In this document: positions 46,593 to 56,240 of the stretch, piece by piece
Layout of the letters: every line of letters begins with the position of its first letter
Position numbering within the stretch: the stretch's first letter is position 1
From: a virus
Lineage: Duplodnaviria; Caudoviricetes
IMG/VR virus record: IMGVR_UViG_3300013368_000005
Coordinates: 64,001 to 128,000 of that record
DNA: 64,000 nt
Reading direction: 5' to 3' (one strand)
The notes under the pieces: model-generated
Told to the model about the DNA's origin: nothing
The model's input: only the letters and a program-made list of their open reading frames with translations
The model's database searches: none
Position numbers and translations under genes: made by a program

Positions 46593-47792
46593 ATGAGGCA
46601 TATTACTTTAACAAAGAAACAGCAATATGTAGTAGATGAAGCCGCTAAATTCTGGAAAAGTGATTCTGAACAGATATTCCAATATGCTGGAGAAGCAGGA
46701 ACAGGGAAGTCTATAGTTTTGGAAGCTATAAAAGAAAGATTAGGTATACCAGCAAGAAAAATAGCTCCTATGGCTTATATAGGTCAAGCAGCTATTATTA
46801 TGAGAATGAAAGGGATGACTAATGCCAAGACGGTTTACTCTTGGCTTTTTAATCCTGTTGAGGATTATTTATTAGACAAGGATGGACGTATTGTAAAAGA
46901 TACATATTTCAATACTCCTAAATATACCATAAAATTTGAACCAAAACCTTTAGATGATATAGATTTAATGCTTATAGATGAAGCTCCATCGTGTCCATAT
47001 GATTTGAGAGGAGAAATCGTTTCAAGAAATAAAAAAATTATAGCTACTGGAGATTTAGGTCAACTACCTCCAGTATACGGAAAACCTGCTTTCTTGTATG
47101 AGGGCAAAGTTCATATATTAACAGATGTTATGGCTCAACAAAGTGGTTCTGCATTATTATATTTAGCTTATAGAGCGAGAAGAGGATTACCTATACACCC
47201 AGGATTTTATGGTGATGTATTAGTAATAGAAGAGAATGATTTAACAGATCAGATGATAATAGGTTCAGACATTGTCATATGTGCAAAAAATGCTACAAGA
47301 GATAAAATAAATAAAAGAGTTAGACATGATATTCTACATATATATTCAGATTTACCTACTTGTGGTGAACGTGTAGTATGTAGGAGGAATAATTGGACCA
47401 CAGAAGTAGATGGAATAAATTTAGCAAATGGGTTACTAGGAACTGTAGTTAATATGCCTAGTGTTGAAGGTTTTGACGGAAAAGCATTTACTATGAGTTT
47501 TAAACCAAACTTTATAAATGGGTATTTCTCTAATTTAAAGTGTGATTATAACTATCTCATAGCTCCCCATGAACAAAAACAAATGTTAAAAAATAATAAA
47601 TTTAATCGATCTGAAAAATTTGAATTTGCTTATGCTATAACTTGTCATATGGCTCAAGGTGGCAGATTTAGAAATGGTATATATATTGAAGAATTTTTAA
47701 ATAAAGATATACAAAATAATTTAAATTATACTGGTATAACCAGATTTTCTAATTCTCTGATATATGTAAAGAGAAGTAAAAAATACTACTAG
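46593..47792 (+). CDS. SF1B helicase, Dda/RecD-like
   Basis: GEAGTGKS, LIDEA, GDLGQLPPV, YAITCHMAQG, YTGITR. Confidence 0.92.
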   Translation: MRHITLTKKQQYVVDEAAKFWKSDSEQIFQYAGEAGTGKSIVLEAIKERLGIPARKIAPMAYIGQAAIIMRMKGMTNAKTVYSWLFNPVEDYLLDKDGRIVKDTYFNTPKYTIKFEPKPLDDIDLMLIDEAPSCPYDLRGEIVSRNKKIIATGDLGQLPPVYGKPAFLYEGKVHILTDVMAQQSGSALLYLAYRARRGLPIHPGFYGDVLVIEENDLTDQMIIGSDIVICAKNATRDKINKRVRHDILHIYSDLPTCGERVVCRRNNWTTEVDGINLANGLLGTVVNMPSVEGFDGKAFTMSFKPNFINGYFSNLKCDYNYLIAPHEQKQMLKNNKFNRSEKFEFAYAITCHMAQGGRFRNGIYIEEFLNKDIQNNLNYTGITRFSNSLIYVKRSKKYY

Positions 47793-47805
47793 TAAAAATA
47801 AATTT

Positions 47806-47827
47806 AATCATATATTATAGATATGAA
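47806..47827 (+). promoter_or_regulatory. putative early phage promoter
   Basis: AATCATATATTATA-GATA-TGAA. Confidence 0.65.
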
Positions 47828-47882
47828 CTAGAATAGAATATAGTTCATATCTATAATAAATTATGAAGGAGAGATATAAATA

Positions 47883-48293
47883 ATGAATAATGATAAAGAA
47901 TTAAAACCAATGGTAGTGTTTAACGAAGGGTTAAACGATGACGAAAGAGTAGCAAAAATAGCGAAAGTACTAGAATGCAATGAGAATAGAAACATTGCAG
48001 AAGAAGAGTTATTAAATGGCTCAAAGAAAAAATATCTTATCTTATATTATATGATAGGAGATGATAATGATATTATAAAAGGCTGGGATGAAATCAAAGG
48101 AAGAGAATCAGCTTTCAAATTTATAAAGAGCATGGTAGATAGTATAGATATACATGCTTCTAAGATAATGGTAGATACAGTTCCATTTTCAGAAGCTGTG
48201 AGTATATATGAGTTTATGCAACATGTACAAGGATTAATTGATGATGAGTTCGATATTGAAGATTACAATAACGGACAAAACATAATAGATTAA
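47883..48293 (+). CDS. hypothetical protein
   Basis: RBS AAGGAG. Confidence 0.7.
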   Translation: MNNDKELKPMVVFNEGLNDDERVAKIAKVLECNENRNIAEEELLNGSKKKYLILYYMIGDDNDIIKGWDEIKGRESAFKFIKSMVDSIDIHASKIMVDTVPFSEAVSIYEFMQHVQGLIDDEFDIEDYNNGQNIID

Positions 48294-48312
48294 AAATGAA
48301 AGGGGGATTATT

Positions 48313-48759
48313 ATGGCAGCAAAACATAATAATAACAAGAAAAAAAATAACTATTTTACAAAAGCAATTCAAAGGTATAATGACCCAGATTTTATAAAAT
48401 ATAAAAATGCCAAAGAATTAGAATTTGAGTCAAATATCATATTTAGAGAATTAGCTTCAGGAAAAATCGATATTGTTGAATTTGGGTGTTACTTTGTAAA
48501 TCCAGATTTATTAAATGCTATGATTAAGGTATCTTATGAGAAATATATATTCTATTATTATTCTCATCAAGGTATGCAAGCTTTAGCACAATTAAAAGGA
48601 GCAGATGCTACAATTTCTATGGTCCAAGATGCTCATAGAAGAAGCACAGAGGCTTATAGAATATTAAATGAAGGATTACAACATCTAGCAGCAACAGGTG
48701 ACCCTAATCAAGTATTTGCATTAGCAAATCTGTTGTTTAATTATAGAAGTTGTTTTTAG
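48313..48759 (+). CDS. hypothetical protein
   Basis: RBS AGGGGG. Confidence 0.7.
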   Translation: MAAKHNNNKKKNNYFTKAIQRYNDPDFIKYKNAKELEFESNIIFRELASGKIDIVEFGCYFVNPDLLNAMIKVSYEKYIFYYYSHQGMQALAQLKGADATISMVQDAHRRSTEAYRILNEGLQHLAATGDPNQVFALANLLFNYRSCF

Positions 48760-48802
48760 GAATTACTTTCCTAACAATTAAATATATGATAAATAAAGGG
48801 GG

Positions 48803-49168
48803 ATGAGGAATATGACCAAAGAGCAAATAGGAAAATTAAAAGAACTATTTGATGAAAAAACATTTAGAATATTTGTAGATAACGCTATGATAGTAGATGA
48901 AAGGGCTGAAGGTACAGAAATTGTTTGGGATGATGTTAATGAATTTATGTATGTTATAAGACCTAATTCTGTAAACTACAATAATCAAGCAAACCAACCT
49001 TTTACATTTGAGATTTTTGCATATGAGAATATACAAAAAATCTTAACAGAAAATAATGAAGTAGAGATTAAAGATAAATTAAATATCTTAAAAAATAATT
49101 CTCTACTTACAGAAGAACAATATAATAATATAATTGAAACTACTATAAAGAAATATAGAATAATATAA
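48803..49168 (+). CDS. hypothetical protein
   Basis: RBS; late motif at 48773-48784. Confidence 0.7.
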   Translation: MRNMTKEQIGKLKELFDEKTFRIFVDNAMIVDERAEGTEIVWDDVNEFMYVIRPNSVNYNNQANQPFTFEIFAYENIQKILTENNEVEIKDKLNILKNNSLLTEEQYNNIIETTIKKYRII

Positions 49169-49182
49169 AAAAGTACATTGCA

Positions 49183-49215
49183 AACAAAATTATAATTGTA
49201 TATTATAGTAGTGTA
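49183..49215 (+). promoter_or_regulatory. abutting late-type and early-type promoters
   Basis: AACA-AAATTA-TA (49183-49194) and AATTGTATATTATA-GTAG-TGTA (49194-49215). Confidence 0.6.
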
Positions 49216-49265
49216 AAATAATATAATAATAAATAAAATATATGAATTTTAAGGAGGAAATATTT

Positions 49266-50162
49266 ATGTTTAACAATTATGGACAACCACAACAAAACTT
49301 ATACGGTGCTGGATTCGGTAATGGAATGGGTATGCAATATGCACCTGTAAACCAAGCTAAAATGACTCAGCCACTAAGTGAAGAGGATAAGAAATTATTA
49401 AGACAAAATTCAGATAATTTCAGTTTACAAGTTTCACCAATGGAGCTAAAAAGATCAGTATGTACCCACAAAGATGCTAATAAAATAACATTAATTGATA
49501 ATGGAAATGGAACAGCTACATGCACAATTTGTGGTGCAACATTTGAACTAGTAAATGAGCCAGAAGAGCAAATCGAAGGATTAACTAGAGATGTAATCAG
49601 TGTATTACAATCTATTAAAACTTACTTCTTAGATATACCAGAGCAGTACGCAAATGAATACTTTAAAGTAATTCCACTATTAGAGAAATTACCAGTATTC
49701 TATAAAATGGCTAGAAGTAACTGGAGAAGATATGAGAATGCAAATCCATTACAAAATGCTAATGGAATGTACTCTTACAACTTACTTCAAAATATAACAA
49801 GCCCTGGATATGCACAAGCACCAGGAATGATGCCACAAATGTCTCCATATGGAGCACCAATGGGAACACCAGCAATGGGTGGATATCCACAACAATCACC
49901 AGATATGTTCGGAGGATACCCACAACAACAACAACAATCTTATGGAAATAACCCATTTGGAAATTATGGTCAAGCACCAGCTCCAGGATACAATCCAGCA
50001 TTAGATGGTAGTTATGGTCAACAACAAGGTTATGGTCAAGCACCAGCTCCACAACCAACAAGTGGACCACAACCAACAGCAAGTTACCAACCACAAAATT
50101 TAAATAATACAGAGCGTGTAGAAAACGGACAAGTTAAAACTACAGCTACAATGACAGTATAA
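49266..50162 (+). CDS. Zn-ribbon protein with Q/G/Y/P-rich low-complexity termini
   Basis: CTH...CTIC; C-terminal YGQAPAP x2, GGYPQQ x2; start refined by AAGGAGG RBS; terminator at 50173-50200. Confidence 0.8.
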   Translation: MFNNYGQPQQNLYGAGFGNGMGMQYAPVNQAKMTQPLSEEDKKLLRQNSDNFSLQVSPMELKRSVCTHKDANKITLIDNGNGTATCTICGATFELVNEPEEQIEGLTRDVISVLQSIKTYFLDIPEQYANEYFKVIPLLEKLPVFYKMARSNWRRYENANPLQNANGMYSYNLLQNITSPGYAQAPGMMPQMSPYGAPMGTPAMGGYPQQSPDMFGGYPQQQQQSYGNNPFGNYGQAPAPGYNPALDGSYGQQQGYGQAPAPQPTSGPQPTASYQPQNLNNTERVENGQVKTTATMTV

Positions 50163-50246
50163 TATAATTAAAGAAGATGTAAGAGAAATCTTACATCTTC
50201 ATTTTATTGTTATTATAACATATTTTTTCTATGTTACTGGTTATTG

Positions 50247-50268
50247 AATTATATATTATATAATTGAT
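50247..50268 (+). promoter_or_regulatory. putative early phage promoter
   Basis: AATTATATATTATA-TAAT-TGAT upstream of the topoisomerase operon. Confidence 0.65.
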
Positions 50269-50304
50269 AACAAGATAATAATGACGATGAAGGAGGATTT
50301 AGGG

Positions 50305-52635
50305 ATGGCTAAAAATGATATGGAGCAAAAAATAAAAGAATACGCTGAACAGATAAAAACATTAGAAGATTTTGTTGCAGCAGTAAGAAAGATGCCTGGA
50401 ATGTATATAGGCATGATAGGTAACAGAGGATTTTTAAACATGATACGAGAAATCTTTCAAAACTCAATTGATGAGTTGATTAAGAAGGATTCTCCTTGTG
50501 ATTATATTATGTTAACATATGATGAAAGAAGTCATATAACAACAGTAGAGGATAACGGTAGAGGCATTCCTTTTGGATTAATGGAGAGAATATATGCATC
50601 TCAGCATACATCTTCAAATTACGAAAAGAAACCAGGAGAGTATTCGAGTGGACTCCACGGTGTAGGTGCAAAAGTTACAAATGCATTAGCTGAATTTTTC
50701 TATGTAGAATCTTTTATATTAGGAGATGCAAGAAGAATAGAATTCCATGATGGAAAACCATGGAAAAAGGGAGAAATAAAAATTCCCAATAAAGGAAATA
50801 AACAAGGAACTATAGTAACATTTAAACCAACATACGATGTTATGGGCGAACTTACATTATCTGTTCAACAAGTATTTAACTTAGTTAGAATGGTTATGTT
50901 CTTAACTCCTATAGGATCAAAATGTCTATTCAAAGGTATATTGGCAGATGGCTCAATATTCCAAGAAGAGATAGTAAACCAAGACGGTATAATAACAGAC
51001 TTAATATTAAAGACTGTAGCTCCGTTAGTTAAACCAATATGTATATCAGATGATACAGGATTTATGAAGGCAGATATAGCTTTCACTTATGACTCCAACG
51101 ATCTTGATGTAGAACAAATTACTTCATTCAGTAACTGCTGCCCGACTACAAGTGGTACACATGTTATTGGATTTATAGATGGATTATGTAAATTCTTTAG
51201 AGAACACATGAACAAAATATACTTAGCAGGAAATAAGAAACAACTTACGGTAGTTAATAATGATATAAAAACAGGATTAAAAGCTATTGTTTCAGTTGCA
51301 CATTTAACTCCTATATTCGAAGGACAAGCTAAAGACGTTTTAGGAAATGAAGATATGATACCATTTGTCAGAGATACAGTTTATAACTCTCTAGATAAAT
51401 GGTCTAAAGAAAATGCATCCGATCTACAAAAAGTTTGTAAATACCTCAAAGAAGTTGCAGAGATCAGAGTGAATATGGATAAAGAGAAAGACAAAATTGT
51501 TAACAAATTTGCCACTTCTAGTTTATCTAAAGGTTTACCTCGTAAGTATATAAGACCAAATGATATGAGAGCAGATGATCTTGAATTTATAGTAGTTGAA
51601 GGAGATTCTGCTGGTGGTTCGGCTAGGAATAATAGGTGTAAAAGAAATCAAGGTATATTCCCAATTAGAGGTAAAATGCCTAATGCATTTACAACAGAAA
51701 GAGCTAAGTTTCTTAGCAATGAAGAAGTTCAAGGAATAATTGCTATTTTAGGTGCAGGTTATGGTAGAAAATTTGATATAACCAAATGTAAATATAAGAA
51801 AATAATATTTATGGCAGATGCAGATCCAGATGGAAAACACATAAGAACTCTATTATTAAGATTTTTCTTATTATACTTTAGACCATTAGTAGAAGCAGGA
51901 AGGGTGTATGCATCAATACCACCTCTTTATGGATTAGACCTTGGTAAGAAAAAGAAAGAATATTTTACTGATAGAATAGATTATGTTGCATATATTCAAA
52001 AACAATTTTCTAAAGTTAATGAAATAACTACAGTAAGAGATGGCTCAATGACTCAAAAGGAAATTGTAAAAATATTATATAACAATATTGATTATACGTA
52101 TCAATTAGAAAAGGTTGCTAATACTTATGCAATAGACCCATATTTATTAGAGGACATAATCATTAATAGAAATTTACCAAGTGACAAATTATATAAAATA
52201 CTTCATAAAAAATATAGATTTATTGAGGATATCGAAAATAAAAATAATACTATAATCATTAAAGGATTAGTAAATAATAAATATCAGACATTATTTTTAA
52301 ATGATAAAATTACATCTAATATACAAGAAGTATTAAATATATTAGATATTAATGATAGTTTTCAATATAAAGTAAATGGGGAATTATGTTCTATTTATAC
52401 TCTTATGAAAAAATTTGAATCAAGTTCTCCAGCATCTATAACAAGATATAAGGGATTAGGAGAAATGAACGGTAAGGTATTAGCTGATACTACTATATTA
52501 CCTGATAATAGAACTTTAATTCAATATACACCTGAATCTATAGAAGAGGAAATTAATTCTATTAGATATTTTGAATCTAATTTAAAAGAGTTAATAAAGG
52601 GTACTAAAGCTACAAGATTCGATTTAATGGGTTAA
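50305..52635 (+). CDS. gyrB: type IIA topoisomerase subunit B (GyrB/ParE-like)
   Basis: EIFQNSIDE, EDNGRGIP, SGLHGVG, EGDSAGG, DADPDG, RYKGLGEM; start refined to MAKND. Confidence 0.93.
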   Translation: MAKNDMEQKIKEYAEQIKTLEDFVAAVRKMPGMYIGMIGNRGFLNMIREIFQNSIDELIKKDSPCDYIMLTYDERSHITTVEDNGRGIPFGLMERIYASQHTSSNYEKKPGEYSSGLHGVGAKVTNALAEFFYVESFILGDARRIEFHDGKPWKKGEIKIPNKGNKQGTIVTFKPTYDVMGELTLSVQQVFNLVRMVMFLTPIGSKCLFKGILADGSIFQEEIVNQDGIITDLILKTVAPLVKPICISDDTGFMKADIAFTYDSNDLDVEQITSFSNCCPTTSGTHVIGFIDGLCKFFREHMNKIYLAGNKKQLTVVNNDIKTGLKAIVSVAHLTPIFEGQAKDVLGNEDMIPFVRDTVYNSLDKWSKENASDLQKVCKYLKEVAEIRVNMDKEKDKIVNKFATSSLSKGLPRKYIRPNDMRADDLEFIVVEGDSAGGSARNNRCKRNQGIFPIRGKMPNAFTTERAKFLSNEEVQGIIAILGAGYGRKFDITKCKYKKIIFMADADPDGKHIRTLLLRFFLLYFRPLVEAGRVYASIPPLYGLDLGKKKKEYFTDRIDYVAYIQKQFSKVNEITTVRDGSMTQKEIVKILYNNIDYTYQLEKVANTYAIDPYLLEDIIINRNLPSDKLYKILHKKYRFIEDIENKNNTIIIKGLVNNKYQTLFLNDKITSNIQEVLNILDINDSFQYKVNGELCSIYTLMKKFESSSPASITRYKGLGEMNGKVLADTTILPDNRTLIQYTPESIEEEINSIRYFESNLKELIKGTKATRFDLMG

Positions 52636-52688
52636 TCCCATTAATCGAATACTTTGTATATAACGTATAATTAGGAAGGTGATTTAAT

Positions 52689-55046
52689 ATGGCAGAAACT
52701 ATAATTAAAAAGAATATATTAGAACAATACAAGGATGACTTAAGAGGATATGCTTTATATGCTAATAGAATGAGGGTAGCCCCAAATATTAAGGATGGGC
52801 TTAAACCAGTTCATAGAAGAATATTACAAGCAGGATATTTTGATGAAAAAGCTACATCTCGTTTTGTAAAATCTGCAGCTTTTACAGGAACTATTATGAG
52901 AAAGTATCATCCACATGGAGATGCTGGGGTTTATGATGCAATGAAGGGTATGCTAAATTGGTTTGAAATAAATATACCTTTATTAGATGGGGATAGTAAC
53001 TGGGGAAACTTTCAAGGTGCTAAACAAGCGGCTGCTAGATATACCGAAGCAAAGATATCTGATTTTACTAAAAAATATGTAATTAAAGAAGCAGATGAAG
53101 TTAGAGCGGTTGTAGACTGGATAGAAACTTATGATAATAGAAATCTAGAAATGGAGTATATGCCAATAAAAATACCTCTATTATTAATAAACGGTTGTTA
53201 TGGAATAGGCATAGGAATGTCTTGTTCAATACCTCCACACAATGGCAGAGATGTAATAGATGCTACATTACGTTTAATAGATGATCCGAGTACAGAAGTT
53301 ATTATTCCACCAGATCAAAATATGAAATGTGATATAATAAAAACAAATTTCAAAAGTATCTGTAACCTTGGTCAAGGAAAATTTGTAGTCAGAGGTCATA
53401 TAGATATTATAGATTATAACGGTAAACAAGCTTTATCCATAAAATCTACACCAGATATGGTGTATTCGCAAAAAATAATAGATAAGATAGATGAATTATT
53501 AGAACAAAAGAAAATAATAGGTATTATTGATCATGCAGAAGAATCAACAGAAGAACAGATGAATCATGTTTTTATATTAAAGAGTGGTACAGATCCTGAG
53601 TATATCAAACAATCAATATACAGTATGACGGATATGCAAAAAACAATTAGTGTAAATTTTGAAGTACTTGAAAATAATAACCCAATAAGAATGTCTTATA
53701 AATCATATCTACTATCATTTATAGAATTTAGGAAGATATGTAAATTTAGATATTATTGTAATAAACTTCAAAGAGTCCAAACTAAATTACATGAAAAAGA
53801 AATTTATATAAATGTAATACAAAGTGGAATGATAGATGAAATAATTAATACTATAAAAAATCTTACTGATGATAATGAGAAAAAATGTATAGAGTACTTT
53901 GTTAAACTACTTGGTGTTACGGACCTACAGGCTTCATTTATATTACACTCACAAATACTAGATTTATCCGTAGGAAAACTTAATAAATATATAAATGAAC
54001 AAATGGCATTAAAAGTTGAGCAAGATCTATATATGAAAAAAGTATTAAGTGATGAAGAATTATTGAAAGAGATAAAACAAGAACTTTTAGAATTTAGAGA
54101 AGAATATGGGAAACCAAGAAATTGTAGAATTATAGATTCTTCTGAATTAACTGATATACCTGCAGGGGAATTTAAAGTTATATTTACAGATAATAACTAT
54201 ATTAAGAAAGTTCCTGCAAATGAAAGTATAGGTAGTTTTAAAGGGGATGCTCCTACCCATGTATTAAAAGTTGATAATAGAGAAAGCGTTCTTATCTTTG
54301 ATGAACAAGGTAAAGCATTCAAACTTCCAATACACAAAATTCCTATTAGTGATAGAAAAAGTAATGGTACAGATATAAGATTAGTAGTTAAGAAGTTAAC
54401 ATCAAATATTTGTACTGTGTTATACGAACCAAAAGTAAAAGAGTTATCTAATAACTTAAGAAAATACTTTGTAACTTTACTTACAGCAGGTGGAAATGTT
54501 AAGAAACTAGATTTAGAAGATATATTATCCGTACCACCTTCAGGGATAATCTGTATGAAACTAGATCCAGGTGATTATATTAAAAATATATCTTTAGTAG
54601 GAGAAGGAATTGACGTTATTGTTTATTCTAAAAATAAAGCACTTAGAATGGGTATAGATGAAATTCCACATCAAAAAAGAAATACTAAAGGTCAAAGAGC
54701 TATGATAGAAAGTTCTGTTGATGGATTATCCATAATAAAACCAAATACAACAGATATTGTTGTTATAACCGAATCAGGAAAAATAAATAGATTTGATGTA
54801 ATAGCTCTTCCTAAGCTTGGAAGGAATAAAAGTGGTTCTAAGGTTATTAAACTTGGTAAATCTGATTCTATCAAATGTATATATGGAGCTAATATTAATG
54901 ATATCCTTAGACTCTACACTAGAGATGAAAAAATAGATATCAATATAGCAGATATTCCATTAGGCAGCTCTATTAGCGGTGGAAATAAAATGATACCATT
55001 GAAAAATGATAATATAATAAGATGTGAGATTAGAAAGAGAGTATAA
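52689..55046 (+). CDS. gyrA: type IIA topoisomerase subunit A (GyrA/ParC-like) with C-terminal beta-pinwheel
   Basis: DGLKPVHRRIL, KYHPHGD, AAARYTE (catalytic Tyr), GIGIGMSCSIPPHN, pinwheel blades with QKRNTKG. Confidence 0.93.
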   Translation: MAETIIKKNILEQYKDDLRGYALYANRMRVAPNIKDGLKPVHRRILQAGYFDEKATSRFVKSAAFTGTIMRKYHPHGDAGVYDAMKGMLNWFEINIPLLDGDSNWGNFQGAKQAAARYTEAKISDFTKKYVIKEADEVRAVVDWIETYDNRNLEMEYMPIKIPLLLINGCYGIGIGMSCSIPPHNGRDVIDATLRLIDDPSTEVIIPPDQNMKCDIIKTNFKSICNLGQGKFVVRGHIDIIDYNGKQALSIKSTPDMVYSQKIIDKIDELLEQKKIIGIIDHAEESTEEQMNHVFILKSGTDPEYIKQSIYSMTDMQKTISVNFEVLENNNPIRMSYKSYLLSFIEFRKICKFRYYCNKLQRVQTKLHEKEIYINVIQSGMIDEIINTIKNLTDDNEKKCIEYFVKLLGVTDLQASFILHSQILDLSVGKLNKYINEQMALKVEQDLYMKKVLSDEELLKEIKQELLEFREEYGKPRNCRIIDSSELTDIPAGEFKVIFTDNNYIKKVPANESIGSFKGDAPTHVLKVDNRESVLIFDEQGKAFKLPIHKIPISDRKSNGTDIRLVVKKLTSNICTVLYEPKVKELSNNLRKYFVTLLTAGGNVKKLDLEDILSVPPSGIICMKLDPGDYIKNISLVGEGIDVIVYSKNKALRMGIDEIPHQKRNTKGQRAMIESSVDGLSIIKPNTTDIVVITESGKINRFDVIALPKLGRNKSGSKVIKLGKSDSIKCIYGANINDILRLYTRDEKIDINIADIPLGSSISGGNKMIPLKNDNIIRCEIRKRV

Positions 55047-55074
55047 CTCTCTTTCTTTTTTTAGGAGGGTTTTT

Positions 55075-55326
55075 ATGGATAATATTGAGAAAATGCAATA
55101 TGAAAACTTACGAAAATGTTTTAGCAACAATATAATAGATCCTATTCTAGGAAAAAATTATTATAATTTAGCATTAGACGTTTATGAATGCGACAGAATG
55201 ACTAGTGAAGATGTAAGGGATAAATTTATTGAACTTCATAAGAAATCAATTTTCTATAAGAATTTAGCAATTATAAATTCTGTTATTGGTATTATGACAT
55301 TTATATTATTAATAATTTTTAAATAA
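55075..55326 (+). CDS. small protein with C-terminal TM helix
   Basis: Start refined by AGGAGG RBS; hydrophobic C-terminus. Confidence 0.65.
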   Translation: MDNIEKMQYENLRKCFSNNIIDPILGKNYYNLALDVYECDRMTSEDVRDKFIELHKKSIFYKNLAIINSVIGIMTFILLIIFK

Positions 55327-55349
55327 AAAAGTATTAAGGGGGATAAGAC

Positions 55350-55532
55350 ATGGTAGAAGAAAAAATTGAGAAGCGTAAACCACATATTAATATTGGAACA
55401 ATAGGACACGTAGACCACGGTGGAACAACATTAACAGCAGCTATAGCATCGGTATTAGCAAATAATGGATATACAAAAGCATTCAGCGATGTCGATATAA
55501 ATAAGGCATCAAAGCATAATGAATATAAATAA
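55350..55532 (+). CDS. tuf: 60-aa EF-Tu N-terminal fragment/mimic with P-loop Lys->Gly
   Basis: [23 protein letters not shown] vs the EF-Tu signature [23 protein letters not shown]; own AAGGGGG RBS and clean stop. Confidence 0.85.
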   Translation: MVEEKIEKRKPHINIGTIGHVDHGGTTLTAAIASVLANNGYTKAFSDVDINKASKHNEYK

Positions 55533-55546
55533 AGGGGTGGATTAAT

Positions 55547-56062
55547 ATGAAAAAAATTAATACATTAATAATATCAGCATTTCCAGGTTGCGGTAAAACA
55601 TACGCATTTAAAAATTATAAATTTCAAAATGGTGTATTAGACAGTGATTCTAGTGAATTTAGTTGGGTTAAGGATGAAAATGGAAATAATACAAAAGAAA
55701 GGAATCCAGAATTTCCGACTAATTATATTAGACATATACAAGATAATATAGGTAAGGTAGATGTAATATTTGTATCTAGTCACGAAGTTGTTAGAGATGC
55801 TTTAAAAAATGCAAATATAAATTATGCATTAATTTATCCTATAAATACTGAAGAAGTTAAAGCAGACTTCTTAGACAGATATAAAAAAAGAGGAAATGCA
55901 GAACCTTTTATAGAATTCATAGATAAAAATTGGGATCACTTTATCGATCAAATGAATAATGATAATTTTCCAATAAAAATTGCAATTAAAAAGGATGTTT
56001 ATATTAATGAGAATATATTACGATATATATTTAAAATTTATAGAAATAAATTAATAAATTAG
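55547..56062 (+). CDS. P-loop NTPase/kinase-like protein
   Basis: N-terminal ISAFPGCGKT, LDSDSS. Confidence 0.75.
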   Translation: MKKINTLIISAFPGCGKTYAFKNYKFQNGVLDSDSSEFSWVKDENGNNTKERNPEFPTNYIRHIQDNIGKVDVIFVSSHEVVRDALKNANINYALIYPINTEEVKADFLDRYKKRGNAEPFIEFIDKNWDHFIDQMNNDNFPIKIAIKKDVYINENILRYIFKIYRNKLIN

Positions 56063-56240
56063 GATATAGAATAAGAGAAGTGAACTTCCACTTCTCTTAT
56101 GTCTAGTATATTTTGATTATAATTTAATTTTTATATGCATTAAGGGGACATATAAATTATATTTATGTTATTCGTGTAAAAGCATACTTTTTTGATAATA
56201 TATTATAGATATAATAAGAAATATAGAGGAGATAATTATT

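Noticed and set aside
49759-50094. Minus-strand Val/Leu-rich ORF
   Set aside because: Antisense shadow of the CAA/CCA-rich low-complexity tail of 49266..50162
55350-55532. Host chromosomal contamination (tuf) or a functional EF-Tu
   Set aside because: Only 60 aa, the P-loop Lys is lost, it is flanked by phage-type genes, and no fusA/rps context or remaining tuf sequence is present
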